Part shown: piece after piece, positions 18,567-27,808 of the stretch
Position numbering within the stretch: position 1 is the stretch's first letter
Layout: each line of letters opens with the position of its first letter
From: Eubacteriales bacterium
Lineage (GTDB): Bacteria > Bacillota > Clostridia > Oscillospirales > CAG-272
Direction of reading: 5' to 3'
Assembly: GCA_045661185.1 (NCBI GenBank)
Contig: JAZRFD010000097.1
Location: 1 to 44,377, forward strand
DNA length: 44,377 nucleotides
Program-made: the position numbers and the translations under genes
Notes under the pieces: model-generated
Databases searched by the model: none
Told to the model about the DNA's origin: nothing
What the model saw: only the letters and a program-made list of their open reading frames with translations

Positions 18567-19149
18567 GATTTCGCAAATTCTCACCGCCTGCCTGATGATT
18601 GCAGTTTTGGCAACTGCGCTGGTCTATTATAATTTCATCGACAAGGCTCCCGTGGTGGAGGGCTCTGCCGAATACGGATATACCGTCGGCAAGATCTGCT
18701 ACGATATGGATCGGCCGCTGCTCAACGAAGAGGGAACGGCATTCAGCGATTCGTTTAATATAAACGATACCAAGGGCAAGATCACAGTGATCAATTTCTG
18801 GTTCACCTCCTGCACACCCTGCGTTCAGGAAATGCCGTATTTTGCGCAGCTTGCCGAGAAGTACGCAGAGGAACTCGTCGTGGTGGCATACCACGCGGAC
18901 TTGGGCGACAAGCAGGGCGCGATCGAGTATGTGAAAAACAACTGGTCGGATTACAACATTCTGTTTGCCTACGATACGGCGGACTACAATGCGGATATTC
19001 CCGACTACTATACCAAGCTTGGCGGGAACGGAATGTACCCCCGCACGCTGATTCTGGATGAAAACAACGTGGTGGTGGCGGAGTATCAAGGCTCGGTTAC
19101 CTACGCAATGCTTGAAAAGGACGTTCAATCTATTTTAAACAAGGATTAA
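18553..19149 (+). CDS. Membrane-anchored TlpA/ResA-like thiol-disulfide oxidoreductase
   Basis: N-terminal TM, GKITVINFWFTSCTPCVQEMP, cis-Pro motif YPRT; SD GGAGGT; overlaps the upstream gene by 14 nt. Confidence 0.88.
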   Translation: MMKHKISQILTACLMIAVLATALVYYNFIDKAPVVEGSAEYGYTVGKICYDMDRPLLNEEGTAFSDSFNINDTKGKITVINFWFTSCTPCVQEMPYFAQLAEKYAEELVVVAYHADLGDKQGAIEYVKNNWSDYNILFAYDTADYNADIPDYYTKLGGNGMYPRTLILDENNVVVAEYQGSVTYAMLEKDVQSILNKD

Positions 19150-19154
19150 AAAAG

Positions 19155-19351
19155 AAGGGGCTGTCTCACTAAGATGGCCCAAGAAAAAGAAAAAGCGGAT
19201 GTTCTTTACCGAAAGGTATTGAGCATCCGCTGGCTTTATTGTATAATTTAATTGCTACAAATTTTTTTCTTTTTGTTACTCATAATCTTTTTCTGCCTCA
19301 CAAAAAAGGAGCTGCCTTTAGTGCTTTTTATCGCATTTGGGACAGCCCCTT
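19155..19351. mobile_element. Putative MITE / non-autonomous IS remnant (~195 bp)
   Basis: Terminal inverted repeats AAGGGGCTGTCTCA and TGGGACAGCCCCTT (13/14 match). Internal GAAA-capped hairpin at 19194-19231. No transposase. Confidence 0.5.
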
Positions 19352-19356
19352 TTTCT

Positions 19357-20955
19357 TTATTGCTGTTGTGACTTTTTCCATTCGAGGTATTCCTCGTACG
19401 TGCCGGTGCGGTCAATGATACCGCCCTCGGGCGTGATCTCGATGATGCGGTTTGCAACCGTGTTGACAAGCTCGTAGTCATGCGAGGAGAAGATCAGGTT
19501 GCCCTTGAACGCGGAAAGGCCGTTATTGACCGCGCTGATTGATTCCAAGTCAAGATGGTCGGTGGGCTGATCTAAGAGCAGGAAGTTGGAGCCAAACAAC
19601 ATCATACGTGCGAACATGCAGCGCACCTTTTCGCCTCCGGAGAGGACGTTAACGGGCTTAAAGACGCTTTCGTTGGAGAAAAGCATGCGTCCCAAAAATC
19701 CACGCAGATAGGTTTCGGTGGTTTCCTTGGAATACTGTGCCAGCCAATCAATGATCGAAAGTCTGCAATCCTTGAAATAGGGGGTATTGTCATGCGGGAA
19801 ATAGGATTTTGTAATGCTGACTCCCCATTTGAAGTCGCCGCTGTCAGGAGTATCCTCCTCCATAAGCACGCGGAACAGGGCAGTGATCGCCATTTCGTTA
19901 CCGATCAAGGCGATCTTGTCCTCCTTGCCAACGGTAAAGGAAATATTTTTAAAGAGAGTGACCCCGTCCTGCGTTTTGGTCAAACCGTTGACGAACAAAA
20001 TATCCTTACCCGCGAGGCGATCCATATCAAAACCGATAAAGGGATAGCGGCGGCTGGATGCGGGGAGCTCCTCGACCGTGAGCTTGTCCAAAAGCTTGCG
20101 ACGCGAGGTGGCCTGCTTGGACTTGGATTTGTTTGCAGAGAAACGCGAAATAAACGCTTGCAGCTCGCGGATCTTTTCCTCCGCCTTCTTGTTCTGCTGC
20201 TTGATCATGCGCTGGATCAGCTGGCTGGATTCATACCAGAATTCGTAGTTACCAACGTACATTTTAATGCCTGTATAGTCGATATCCACGATGTTGGTAC
20301 AAACGTCATTGAGGAAGTGACGGTCGTGCGATACCACCAAAACGGTTCCGAAATAGTCGGAGAGAAATTCCTCAAGCCACATGATCGCGTCAATATCAAG
20401 ACCGTTGGTAGGCTCGTCGAGCATGATGATGTCGGGGTTGCCAAAGAGTGCTTGCGCCAGCATTACCTTGACTTTTTCGGACTCCAAAAGGCTTGACATG
20501 CTGTCCCAAAGCTGCTCGTCGCGCATACCAAGACCTTGGAGGAGCTTGGAGATTTCGGATTCTGCCTCCCATCCGTTGAGCTCGGCAAACTCTGCCTCAA
20601 GCTCTGCGGCGCGCAGGCCGTCCGCCTCGCTGAAGTCCTCTTTTTCATAGATCGCGTCCTTTTCCTTCATGATGTCGTAAAGCTTCTTGTTGCCCATCAT
20701 AACGGTGTCAAGCACCGTGTATTCATCAAACGCGAAGTGATCCTGGCGGAGCACGGACATGCGAACCGTGTCAGGGATCGAAATCTCGCCCGTAGATGGC
20801 TCAAGATCACCGCAAAGGATCTTTAAAAACGTGGATTTGCCCGCGCCATTGGCACCAATGATGCCGTAGCAGTTGCCGGGGGTGAATTTCAGATCAACGT
20901 CCTTGAACAGCAGCTGGCCGCCAAAGTGGAAGCTGAGATTGGAAATTGTAATCAT
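19357..20955 (-). CDS. ABC-F family ATPase (YbiT/YkpA-like)
   Basis: Two ABC domains, no TM. GANGAGKST, LDEPTNGLD, VVSHDRHFL, linker ANKSKSKQATSR, LSGGEKVR. Start MITISNL at 20955. Confidence 0.92.
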   Translation of the reverse strand: MITISNLSFHFGGQLLFKDVDLKFTPGNCYGIIGANGAGKSTFLKILCGDLEPSTGEISIPDTVRMSVLRQDHFAFDEYTVLDTVMMGNKKLYDIMKEKDAIYEKEDFSEADGLRAAELEAEFAELNGWEAESEISKLLQGLGMRDEQLWDSMSSLLESEKVKVMLAQALFGNPDIIMLDEPTNGLDIDAIMWLEEFLSDYFGTVLVVSHDRHFLNDVCTNIVDIDYTGIKMYVGNYEFWYESSQLIQRMIKQQNKKAEEKIRELQAFISRFSANKSKSKQATSRRKLLDKLTVEELPASSRRYPFIGFDMDRLAGKDILFVNGLTKTQDGVTLFKNISFTVGKEDKIALIGNEMAITALFRVLMEEDTPDSGDFKWGVSITKSYFPHDNTPYFKDCRLSIIDWLAQYSKETTETYLRGFLGRMLFSNESVFKPVNVLSGGEKVRCMFARMMLFGSNFLLLDQPTDHLDLESISAVNNGLSAFKGNLIFSSHDYELVNTVANRIIEITPEGGIIDRTGTYEEYLEWKKSQQQ

Positions 20956-21069
20956 GATATACCTGCCTTTTGTGTCAATCCTATATAGTATACCATAGTT
21001 GCTTTGAATTTGCAAGCGTTTCGCGGCTTTTTCGGGGAAAATAAAAAACGTGTTTTTTCCGCAAAGCCC

Positions 21070-21098
21070 TTGACGAAAAGCACTTTTTTGGATATAAT
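21070..21098 (+). promoter_or_regulatory. SigA-type promoter for proBAC
   Basis: TTGACG-17-TATAAT about 30 nt before proB. Confidence 0.65.
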
Positions 21099-21130
21099 GT
21101 AGAAAAGATAATCAACGAAAGGCTTTTATC

Positions 21131-21907
21131 ATGAGAGTGGTAGTTAAAATCGGCACGTCGACTCTGGCGCACGCAAGCGGACTTCTCAATATCCGTCGCG
21201 TGGAGGAGCTGTGCCGTGTGTTAAGCGATCTGAAAAACAGCGGTCACGAAATTATATTGGTGTCCTCAGGGGCGATCGGAATGGGCGTGGGAAAGCTTTC
21301 GCTCAAGGAGCGTCCGCGTGATATTCCCACCAAGCAGGCTGCTGCTGCCGTGGGACAGTGTGAATTGATGTATACATACGACCGTCTGTTCCAGAAGTAT
21401 CACCACATCGTGGCGCAGATACTCCTGACCGGCTCGGACTTCCGACATGACGATCGTTATCATAATTTCCAGAATACGATGCAGCGCCTGCTGGAGCTTG
21501 GCGTTTTGCCGATCATCAATGAAAACGATACGATCGCGACCGATGAGATCAAGGTGGGCGACAACGATACGCTCTCCGCTATGGTAGCCGTCAGCACAAA
21601 GGCGGATCGGCTCATTTTGCTCTCGGATATCGACGGGCTTTACACGGCAGATCCTCATAAGTGCGAGAATGCAACGCTCATTCACGAGGTACGCGCGCTA
21701 ACGCCCGAAATCCGTTCACTGGCGGGCGATGAGGGCTCTGCTTTCGGCACGGGTGGCATGAAAACCAAGCTGCACGCGGCAGAGCTTTGTATGGAAGCAG
21801 GATGTGAAATGGTGATCTTAAACGGCGCCAAGACCATGCTGCTTTACGATCTGTTCGACGGTGAGGCGGTCGGCACGCGATTCTTTTCCCAAGGAGACAG
21901 AACATGA
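21131..21907 (+). CDS. proB: Glutamate 5-kinase (short form, no PUA domain)
   Basis: [37 protein letters not shown]. Confidence 0.96.
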   Translation: MRVVVKIGTSTLAHASGLLNIRRVEELCRVLSDLKNSGHEIILVSSGAIGMGVGKLSLKERPRDIPTKQAAAAVGQCELMYTYDRLFQKYHHIVAQILLTGSDFRHDDRYHNFQNTMQRLLELGVLPIINENDTIATDEIKVGDNDTLSAMVAVSTKADRLILLSDIDGLYTADPHKCENATLIHEVRALTPEIRSLAGDEGSAFGTGGMKTKLHAAELCMEAGCEMVILNGAKTMLLYDLFDGEAVGTRFFSQGDRT

Positions 21908-23160
21908 CAACCCTTGAAATATTGAAGCAAGCAAAGGCGGCCACGTCAACGCTTGCAATGCTTTCCACAGAGCAAAAGAACAGAGCCTTGCTTGCCATGG
22001 CAGATGCCTTGGAGGCGGCAAAAGACGAGATCCTTGCGGCAAACGCAGAGGACGTAGAGGCGGTTGCGGGAAGCGTTAACGAGGTGATGATTGATCGCTT
22101 GCGCCTTTCATCCGAGCGCATTGCGGGCATGGCGCAGGGGATCCGCGAGGTGGTGAATCTTCCGGACCCCGTGGGCTCTGTAACCGAGGATTTTATGCGT
22201 CCCAACGGAATCCGCGTGCAAAAGGTGCGCGTTCCCATGGGGGTGGTCGCGATCATTTATGAAAGCCGCCCCAACGTTACCTCCGACGCGGCGGCGCTGA
22301 CCCTCAAGAGCGGCAATGTCTGCGTTTTGCGAGGCGGTAAGGAGGCCTATCGCTCCTCTGGGGCGATCGTGCGCGCGATGCGTCGCGGCCTTGACAATCT
22401 CGGACTTCCGATCACGCTGATCAACATGATCCAGGATACCACGCGAGCAGGCGCCAATGAGCTGATGACCGCCGTGGATTACGTCGATCTTCTGATCCCG
22501 CGCGGCGGTGCGGGTTTGATCCGCGCATGTGTGGAAAACGCAAAGGTGCCGTGCATTCAAACGGGCACGGGGATCTGCCACGTGTACGTGGATGCCGAGG
22601 CCAACCTTGATATGGCACTTGATATTATTGAAAACGCAAAAACCGGTCGTCCCTCGGTTTGTAACGCCGAGGAGGTCTGCCTTGTCAACAGAAGCATTGC
22701 GAACGCCTTTTTGCCGCGCTTGAAAGAGCGTCTGGTTGACGCGCGGACGGCGACCGGAAAGACTCCTGTCGAGCTGCGATTGGATGCCGATGCATGCAAG
22801 CTGATCGACGGAACACCCGCGGGCGACGCAGATTTTGACACCGAATTTCTCAATTACATTCTCGCGATCAAGCTGGTTGATAGCGTCGAGGATGCCGTGG
22901 CACATATCGCGGCACACTCCACGCATCATAGCGACGCGATCATCACCGAAAACGATCGCGCGGCAGCATATTTTACTGCCGCAGTCGATAGCGCGGCGGT
23001 TTACGTCAACGCTTCCACCCGTTTTACCGACGGCGGCGAGTTTGGCTTGGGCTGTGAGATCGGGATCTCGACGCAAAAGCTGCACGCAAGAGGTCCTATG
23101 GGACTTTGCGAGCTGACGACCTACAAATATGTGATCCGCGGAAACGGACAGATCCGTTGA
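21904..23160 (+). CDS. proA: Gamma-glutamyl phosphate reductase
   Basis: [53 protein letters not shown]. Confidence 0.97.
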   Translation: MTTLEILKQAKAATSTLAMLSTEQKNRALLAMADALEAAKDEILAANAEDVEAVAGSVNEVMIDRLRLSSERIAGMAQGIREVVNLPDPVGSVTEDFMRPNGIRVQKVRVPMGVVAIIYESRPNVTSDAAALTLKSGNVCVLRGGKEAYRSSGAIVRAMRRGLDNLGLPITLINMIQDTTRAGANELMTAVDYVDLLIPRGGAGLIRACVENAKVPCIQTGTGICHVYVDAEANLDMALDIIENAKTGRPSVCNAEEVCLVNRSIANAFLPRLKERLVDARTATGKTPVELRLDADACKLIDGTPAGDADFDTEFLNYILAIKLVDSVEDAVAHIAAHSTHHSDAIITENDRAAAYFTAAVDSAAVYVNASTRFTDGGEFGLGCEIGISTQKLHARGPMGLCELTTYKYVIRGNGQIR

Positions 23161-23173
23161 AAGAGGTGAAAAA

Positions 23174-23977
23174 ATGAAAGCAAAATTTGGTTTTATCGGT
23201 TGCGGAAACATGGGCGGAGCCTTGGCAACCGCTGTTTCAAAGAGTGGAATGGGCACGCTTTTACTGTGCGATGCAAACACTGAAAAGGCAGAAGCACTCG
23301 CACGTACCATCGGTGCCGATACGGTTGATTTGCAAACGCTTGCCGATCAGTCGGATTATATCTTCCTTGGTGTCAAGCCGCAAGGGTTTGAAGGACTGTT
23401 CGAATCCCTCCGCCCGCGCGTGTCGGCACGCAAGAGTGCCCCTGTGCTGATCAGTATGGCGGCAGGTGTCTCCGTGGCGGCCGTTGAAAAAATGGCGGGA
23501 TGCGCGCTTCCTGTGATCCGTATTATGCCCAATACGCCCGTTTCTGTGGGCGAGGGAATGATCCTTTATACTTGTAACGCTTTGGTGTCTGATGACGCAT
23601 TAAATGGCTTTTCGGCGGCTCTTGCAGAGGCAGGACGGTTGGACGAGATCGACGAAGGCAAGATCGATGCCGCAAGCGCGCTTTCGGGATGTGGCCCCGC
23701 ATTCGTGTATCTTTTTGCCGAGGCGCTGGCGGACGGTGCCGTTGAGTGCGGTGTGTCGCGCGACAAGGCAAATCTTTACGCGGCGCAAACGCTTTACGGC
23801 GCGGCAAAGCTGCTTTTGGAGAGCGGTAAGCATCCGGGTGAATTGAAGGATGCCGTTTGTAGCCCCGGCGGCACGACCATCGCGGGCGTGCACGCTTTGG
23901 AGGAGGGGACCTTCCGTGCGGCTTCCATGAATGCGGTCACCGCAGCGTATGAAAAAACATTGAAACTGAAAAAATAA
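23174..23977 (+). CDS. proC: Pyrroline-5-carboxylate reductase
   Basis: GFIGCGNMG, GVKPQ, RIMPNTP, SGCGPA, VCSPGGTT. Confidence 0.96.
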   Translation: MKAKFGFIGCGNMGGALATAVSKSGMGTLLLCDANTEKAEALARTIGADTVDLQTLADQSDYIFLGVKPQGFEGLFESLRPRVSARKSAPVLISMAAGVSVAAVEKMAGCALPVIRIMPNTPVSVGEGMILYTCNALVSDDALNGFSAALAEAGRLDEIDEGKIDAASALSGCGPAFVYLFAEALADGAVECGVSRDKANLYAAQTLYGAAKLLLESGKHPGELKDAVCSPGGTTIAGVHALEEGTFRAASMNAVTAAYEKTLKLKK

Positions 23978-23980
23978 CCG

Positions 23981-24015
23981 AAAAACAGCGGATTGAAAAA
24001 ATCTGCTGTTTTTTT
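23981..24015 (+). terminator. Intrinsic terminator of proBAC
   Basis: AACAGCGGATT-loop-AATCTGCTGTT followed by a T-tract. Confidence 0.8.
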
Positions 24016-24026
24016 ATCAAAACCTC

Positions 24027-24058
24027 TTGACAAACAATACTATGCGTGGTATAGTATT
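24027..24058 (+). promoter_or_regulatory. SigA promoter with overlapping palindromic operator (probable PadR autoregulation site)
   Basis: TTGACA-17-TATAGT; AATACTAT-N7-ATAGTATT at 24036-24058 covers the -10. Confidence 0.65.
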
Positions 24059-24077
24059 ATGCAAAGGAGGGCATCAA

Positions 24078-24395
24078 ATGGATATTCAATTAAAACGAGG
24101 CATGTTGGACATTTGCGTCCTCGCGGCGATCAAAAGCAAGGAATCCTACGGATATCAAATTATAAAGGATATGAAGTCCTCTGTCGATATTTCCGAATCC
24201 ACGCTGTACCCGATCCTGCGTCGCTTGGAGGCGGCAAAGCTTTTAACGGTGCGCTCTGCTGAGCATAATGGGCGGTTGCGAAAATATTATCGCATCACCA
24301 AGGCGGGGCAGGAGCGGTTAAATGCGTTTGCAGAGGAATGGAAGGAAATGATGGTGATTTATCAATTCGTCGTACGAAAGGATGAGGAAGAATGA
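24078..24395 (+). CDS. PadR family transcriptional regulator
   Basis: QLKRGMLD, SYGYQI, ESTLYPILRRLE, RKYYRIT; SD AGGAGG. Confidence 0.93.
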   Translation: MDIQLKRGMLDICVLAAIKSKESYGYQIIKDMKSSVDISESTLYPILRRLEAAKLLTVRSAEHNGRLRKYYRITKAGQERLNAFAEEWKEMMVIYQFVVRKDEEE

Positions 24396-25015
24396 CAAAG
24401 TTTGAATTTTTGGCGGCGCTGGAGCGGGAATTGAAAGATATTCCTACCGCTGACCGCAAGCGTTTTTTGGATTACTATGCGGAAATGATCGAGGATCGGA
24501 TCGAGGAAAACGGTAATGAAGAAGCGGCGGTTGCCGAATTTGGCGATCCTTTGACGGTGGCGGAGCAGATCCGCGCGGAGATGAATGCAGAGGGGACTTC
24601 GCAGTCGACCTCGCCCATGCCGCAAAAGGAACGGCCGCCAAAGCACACGTGGAAGCCGTTGTGGATCGTTTTGTTGGTGTTGGGCGCTCCCTTGTGGATC
24701 TCGCTTTTGGCGGCTGGATTTGTGATCCTTCTGTCGGTGTATATTGTTTTGTGGTCGGTCGCAATCACCCTTTGGGCGGTTGTTGTGAGCCTTGGGGCCG
24801 TTTGCGTGGCGGGGATCCTGTCGTGTTCTCTTTTGATCGTTTCCGGGAATGCGGCAACGGGTGTGTTGCTTTTAGGCGGCGGACTGATCTGCGGCGGGCT
24901 CGCGATTTTCGGCTCTTTAGGATGTGTACAAGCAAGCCGTGGATTGGCAGTCCTTAGTAAGTCAATTTTTCTCTGTATCAAAAGAATGCTTGTCGGAAAG
25001 GAGAAACGGGCATGA
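24392..25015 (+). CDS. DUF1700 family membrane protein
   Basis: MTKFEFLAALE..L, YYAEMIEDRIE, EEAAVAEFGDP..VA, then TM helices; typical PadR partner. Confidence 0.85.
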   Translation: MTKFEFLAALERELKDIPTADRKRFLDYYAEMIEDRIEENGNEEAAVAEFGDPLTVAEQIRAEMNAEGTSQSTSPMPQKERPPKHTWKPLWIVLLVLGAPLWISLLAAGFVILLSVYIVLWSVAITLWAVVVSLGAVCVAGILSCSLLIVSGNAATGVLLLGGGLICGGLAIFGSLGCVQASRGLAVLSKSIFLCIKRMLVGKEKRA

Positions 25016-25803
25016 AAAAGGCAACTAAAATTGCGCTGGTCATAGCATGCGTCTCTATACTGGCAGGCGTAATCGTTTCATTTTCAGCGCTTGCAATGAT
25101 GGGATTTGATCTCTCAAAGCTCAATTCCTACAATCTTGAAACCAAGGAATATACCGTTGAAGAAGATTTTACCGATATTGACATGAAGCTTCTCGATGCC
25201 GATATTACATTTTTGCCTTCCACGGACGGTGTTTGCCGCGTGGTATGCGTGGATGATGAAAAAATGGACTACAACGTGTCGGTGATCGACGGAACTCTTA
25301 CCGTTGTTTACAAAGACACGCGGGCGTGGTACGATCACATCGGTATTCATTGGGGCAAGAAGTCGGTTACGGTCTATCTTCCCAAAATGCAATACGATAC
25401 CGTTCGAATGGAGACTGTAAACGGTGATATTTCGATTTCCAATGCGTTTGCTTGGGGAGACACGAGCATCAAAACCGTCAACGGCGACGTAAAGCTGAAA
25501 AATTTGACGGTGCAGTCCTTGAATATCAAGCTCACCAACGGTGACGTGTCGCTTTCCAAGACGCTCTGCGAGGGGCGCGCTTATATCAAAACCGTCAACG
25601 GTGACGTGGGAATTTCCGCGTCCGATGCGGCAGAGGTGGAGATCAAAACGACCAACGGTGACGTAAAGGCATCCTTCCTGACCTCCAAAAGCTTCGTCGC
25701 TTCAACGGTCAACGGTGACGTTAGCCGACCGCACGGAACGAGCGGTGGCAAATGCAAGGTTACGACCACGAACGGAGACATCAGGCTCTCAATCGTAAAA
25801 TAA
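25012..25803 (+). CDS. DUF4097 family beta-strand repeat protein
   Basis: N-terminal membrane anchor; seven xT/VNGD(V/I) repeats. Confidence 0.85.
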   Translation: MKKATKIALVIACVSILAGVIVSFSALAMMGFDLSKLNSYNLETKEYTVEEDFTDIDMKLLDADITFLPSTDGVCRVVCVDDEKMDYNVSVIDGTLTVVYKDTRAWYDHIGIHWGKKSVTVYLPKMQYDTVRMETVNGDISISNAFAWGDTSIKTVNGDVKLKNLTVQSLNIKLTNGDVSLSKTLCEGRAYIKTVNGDVGISASDAAEVEIKTTNGDVKASFLTSKSFVASTVNGDVSRPHGTSGGKCKVTTTNGDIRLSIVK

Positions 25804-25841
25804 AAGAAGAACCCGTTGCGAGGCAACGGGTTCTTCTTTTA
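25804..25841. terminator. Bidirectional intrinsic terminator
   Basis: AAGAAGAACCCGTTGC-gag-GCAACGGGTTCTTCTT between convergent genes. Confidence 0.88.
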
Positions 25842-26834
25842 TTCTTCTTCGGAAACGACGTCCTCCGCGGCCGCGGTCGCTTCATCCTGCGCTTTGAGGT
25901 AAGGCTTGATCATATACCGCTCAATGATCGGGTACGCCGCATATGCGGACGTAAAGGCGGTTACGGAAAGGTAATACAGGAAGGGAAGGATGATCGGCAC
26001 ACCGCCCAAGGGGGTGGACATCAAAAGGAACAGCAGCGCGACGTTGATGGCAGTGATCAGGAACAGACCCAAAATGGCCATGATGTTGCGCTTGAAGCCA
26101 AGAACGGCGAAGATCAAGGCATTTTTCAGAATCTTGCGAATGGAGAGATCGAAGGTGACCAAAAGCAGGTAGACATAAAACCGCATCAGGAAATACAGGA
26201 TCAGAAGAAGGCAGGTTGCCCAGAACAGCATATTTGTTCCAAACGACGTACCCGTCTGATTCCAAAAATAACCGATGTCAAAGGCCAATAGGAAGATCAC
26301 GACGAAATCCAACATTCCAAGGAACAGCCCTTGCTTGAGGTTGCGCTTGATCGCGTAAAAATAATCGGACCAAACGAACACGGGCTCTCCCCGCACCATA
26401 CCACGTAGTACGTAGGTGGCACCTACGTTTTGCCAGCCGAAGGTGATGAACAAGATGAGCGCACAGATCGCGACTCCAATGTAAGCTGGAGTGGCGTTAT
26501 ACACGGGGATCGTTGCTTGCTTTCCGTACAGATCCAAGAGGATCGTGGATTCGGGTGAGGGGGCGAGCTGATTGGCGGCAAATATCTGCGGAAAGACCCC
26601 ATTTGTAACGGTGGGCGTGCGATCCACGCCAAACCAGATGTACAGCGCGATCAGAATCGGTGCTACCATGGGCAGCATCATCATGTTCAGCGTGATGAGC
26701 TTCCAAAAGCGTCTGCTGAGAAGCTTGAAATAGCGCTTGAGGGTCGGAGTCGTATCCTCCTCGATCGCATCCGGACGGTTGTCGCGGTGGTAATTAAAAA
26801 ATTCAAATAGCCTGTTTTTCTTTTTTGTAGCCAA
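25839..26834 (-). CDS. YesL/DUF624 family membrane protein
   Basis: FWKLITLN, GATYVLRGMVRGEP..WSDYF.AIKRNLKQ, ILKNAL. TTG start at 26834 after AAGGA; promoter TTGACA-17-TAAAAT at 26867-26895. Confidence 0.75.
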   Translation of the reverse strand: MATKKKNRLFEFFNYHRDNRPDAIEEDTTPTLKRYFKLLSRRFWKLITLNMMMLPMVAPILIALYIWFGVDRTPTVTNGVFPQIFAANQLAPSPESTILLDLYGKQATIPVYNATPAYIGVAICALILFITFGWQNVGATYVLRGMVRGEPVFVWSDYFYAIKRNLKQGLFLGMLDFVVIFLLAFDIGYFWNQTGTSFGTNMLFWATCLLLILYFLMRFYVYLLLVTFDLSIRKILKNALIFAVLGFKRNIMAILGLFLITAINVALLFLLMSTPLGGVPIILPFLYYLSVTAFTSAYAAYPIIERYMIKPYLKAQDEATAAAEDVVSEEE

Positions 26835-26918
26835 GATGATACATCCTTTGCATAAATGATACTTATATTTTACCATACCCGCGCAGACTTGTCAAGGCGG
26901 GCAAAAAGTTTACAGAGT

Positions 26919-27761
26919 TTATACTTCGGTCTGATTCATAAAATCCGCGAGCAGAGCGTCCTGCAGGCGCTGTACCGTGTAGACCGCCTTTCCGCCAACG
27001 GGTATGCCGTCTACCTCTACAATGCGCATGCAAAGGGCGGACGCAGAGGTTAAGAGCACCTCGTCGGCATTCATCAGCTCATCCAGCATATAATCGCGTT
27101 CCTCAACGTGGATGCCAAAGGCGTGGCACATTTTGATCAGGTGTGCGCGTCCCGTTCCGGCGAGGATCAAATGATCGGCAGGATGCGTGATAAGCGTGCC
27201 GTTCTTTAAAATCGACACGTTGGAGTGCGCGCATTCGGTCACGTGTCCGTCACGGTGCATCACGCACTCGTCCACGCCCGCGTCTGTTGCCGCTTGTGTT
27301 GCGAGAACACTTGGTAAGAGGTTGAGGGATTTGATATTGCAATGGAATGCGCGCGTGTCGGGATACGTAATGCAGCGCAGGGTCTTGTAGGTATCCTTGA
27401 TCGACGCGGGCTTGAGCATGATCCAAAGATTTGGTTCGGCATCCTTGGGAAATGCATGGGAGCGGAAATCCGTGCCGCGCGAAAACTGAAAATAGACCCA
27501 AAGCGCACCGTCGTCCATTTTTTGGACAAGAGAGCAGATCAGCTCGCAAAGCGCGTCCTGCGTTATCCTTGGGAAGATTTTGATCTGCGCGGCGCTTTGA
27601 AAAATGCGCTCCACGTGCTCCTTTAGCATAAAGACGCGGTGATTGCGGCTGAAGGTGACGTCGTAAACACCGTCGCCAAAGTAGCACGCACGATCAAGCA
27701 TGGGCACGCTGATGCGATCCAGTTCATCGATCTTGCCATTATAATAGCCAAGCGTTTTCAT
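26919..27761 (-). CDS. dat: PLP-dependent aminotransferase class IV, D-amino-acid aminotransferase-like
   Basis: DRACYFGDGVYD, QFSRG..RSHAFP, IKSLNLLP (PLP Lys), VTECAHSN, ILAG, ADEVLLTS. Confidence 0.8.
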   Translation of the reverse strand: MKTLGYYNGKIDELDRISVPMLDRACYFGDGVYDVTFSRNHRVFMLKEHVERIFQSAAQIKIFPRITQDALCELICSLVQKMDDGALWVYFQFSRGTDFRSHAFPKDAEPNLWIMLKPASIKDTYKTLRCITYPDTRAFHCNIKSLNLLPSVLATQAATDAGVDECVMHRDGHVTECAHSNVSILKNGTLITHPADHLILAGTGRAHLIKMCHAFGIHVEERDYMLDELMNADEVLLTSASALCMRIVEVDGIPVGGKAVYTVQRLQDALLADFMNQTEV

Positions 27762-27808
27762 AAATGGGGTTGATCCTTTCGTGTATCATTGATCGAAAAA
27801 ATGTGGTT

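Noticed and set aside
21099-21130. T-box upstream of proBAC
   Set aside because: The leader is only about 30 nt, with no T-box motif or antiterminator.
22108-23310. 400-aa - strand ORF, and similar long antisense ORFs opposite upp/rluA, ispD, clpC and the 4Fe-4S gene
   Set aside because: Codon-bias shadows of well-supported genes on the other strand.
25411-25782. Recurrent ACCGTCAACGGTGACGT-like DNA repeats
   Set aside because: These encode the TVNGD beta-repeats of DUF4097. They are short, degenerate and in frame, so not a CRISPR array.
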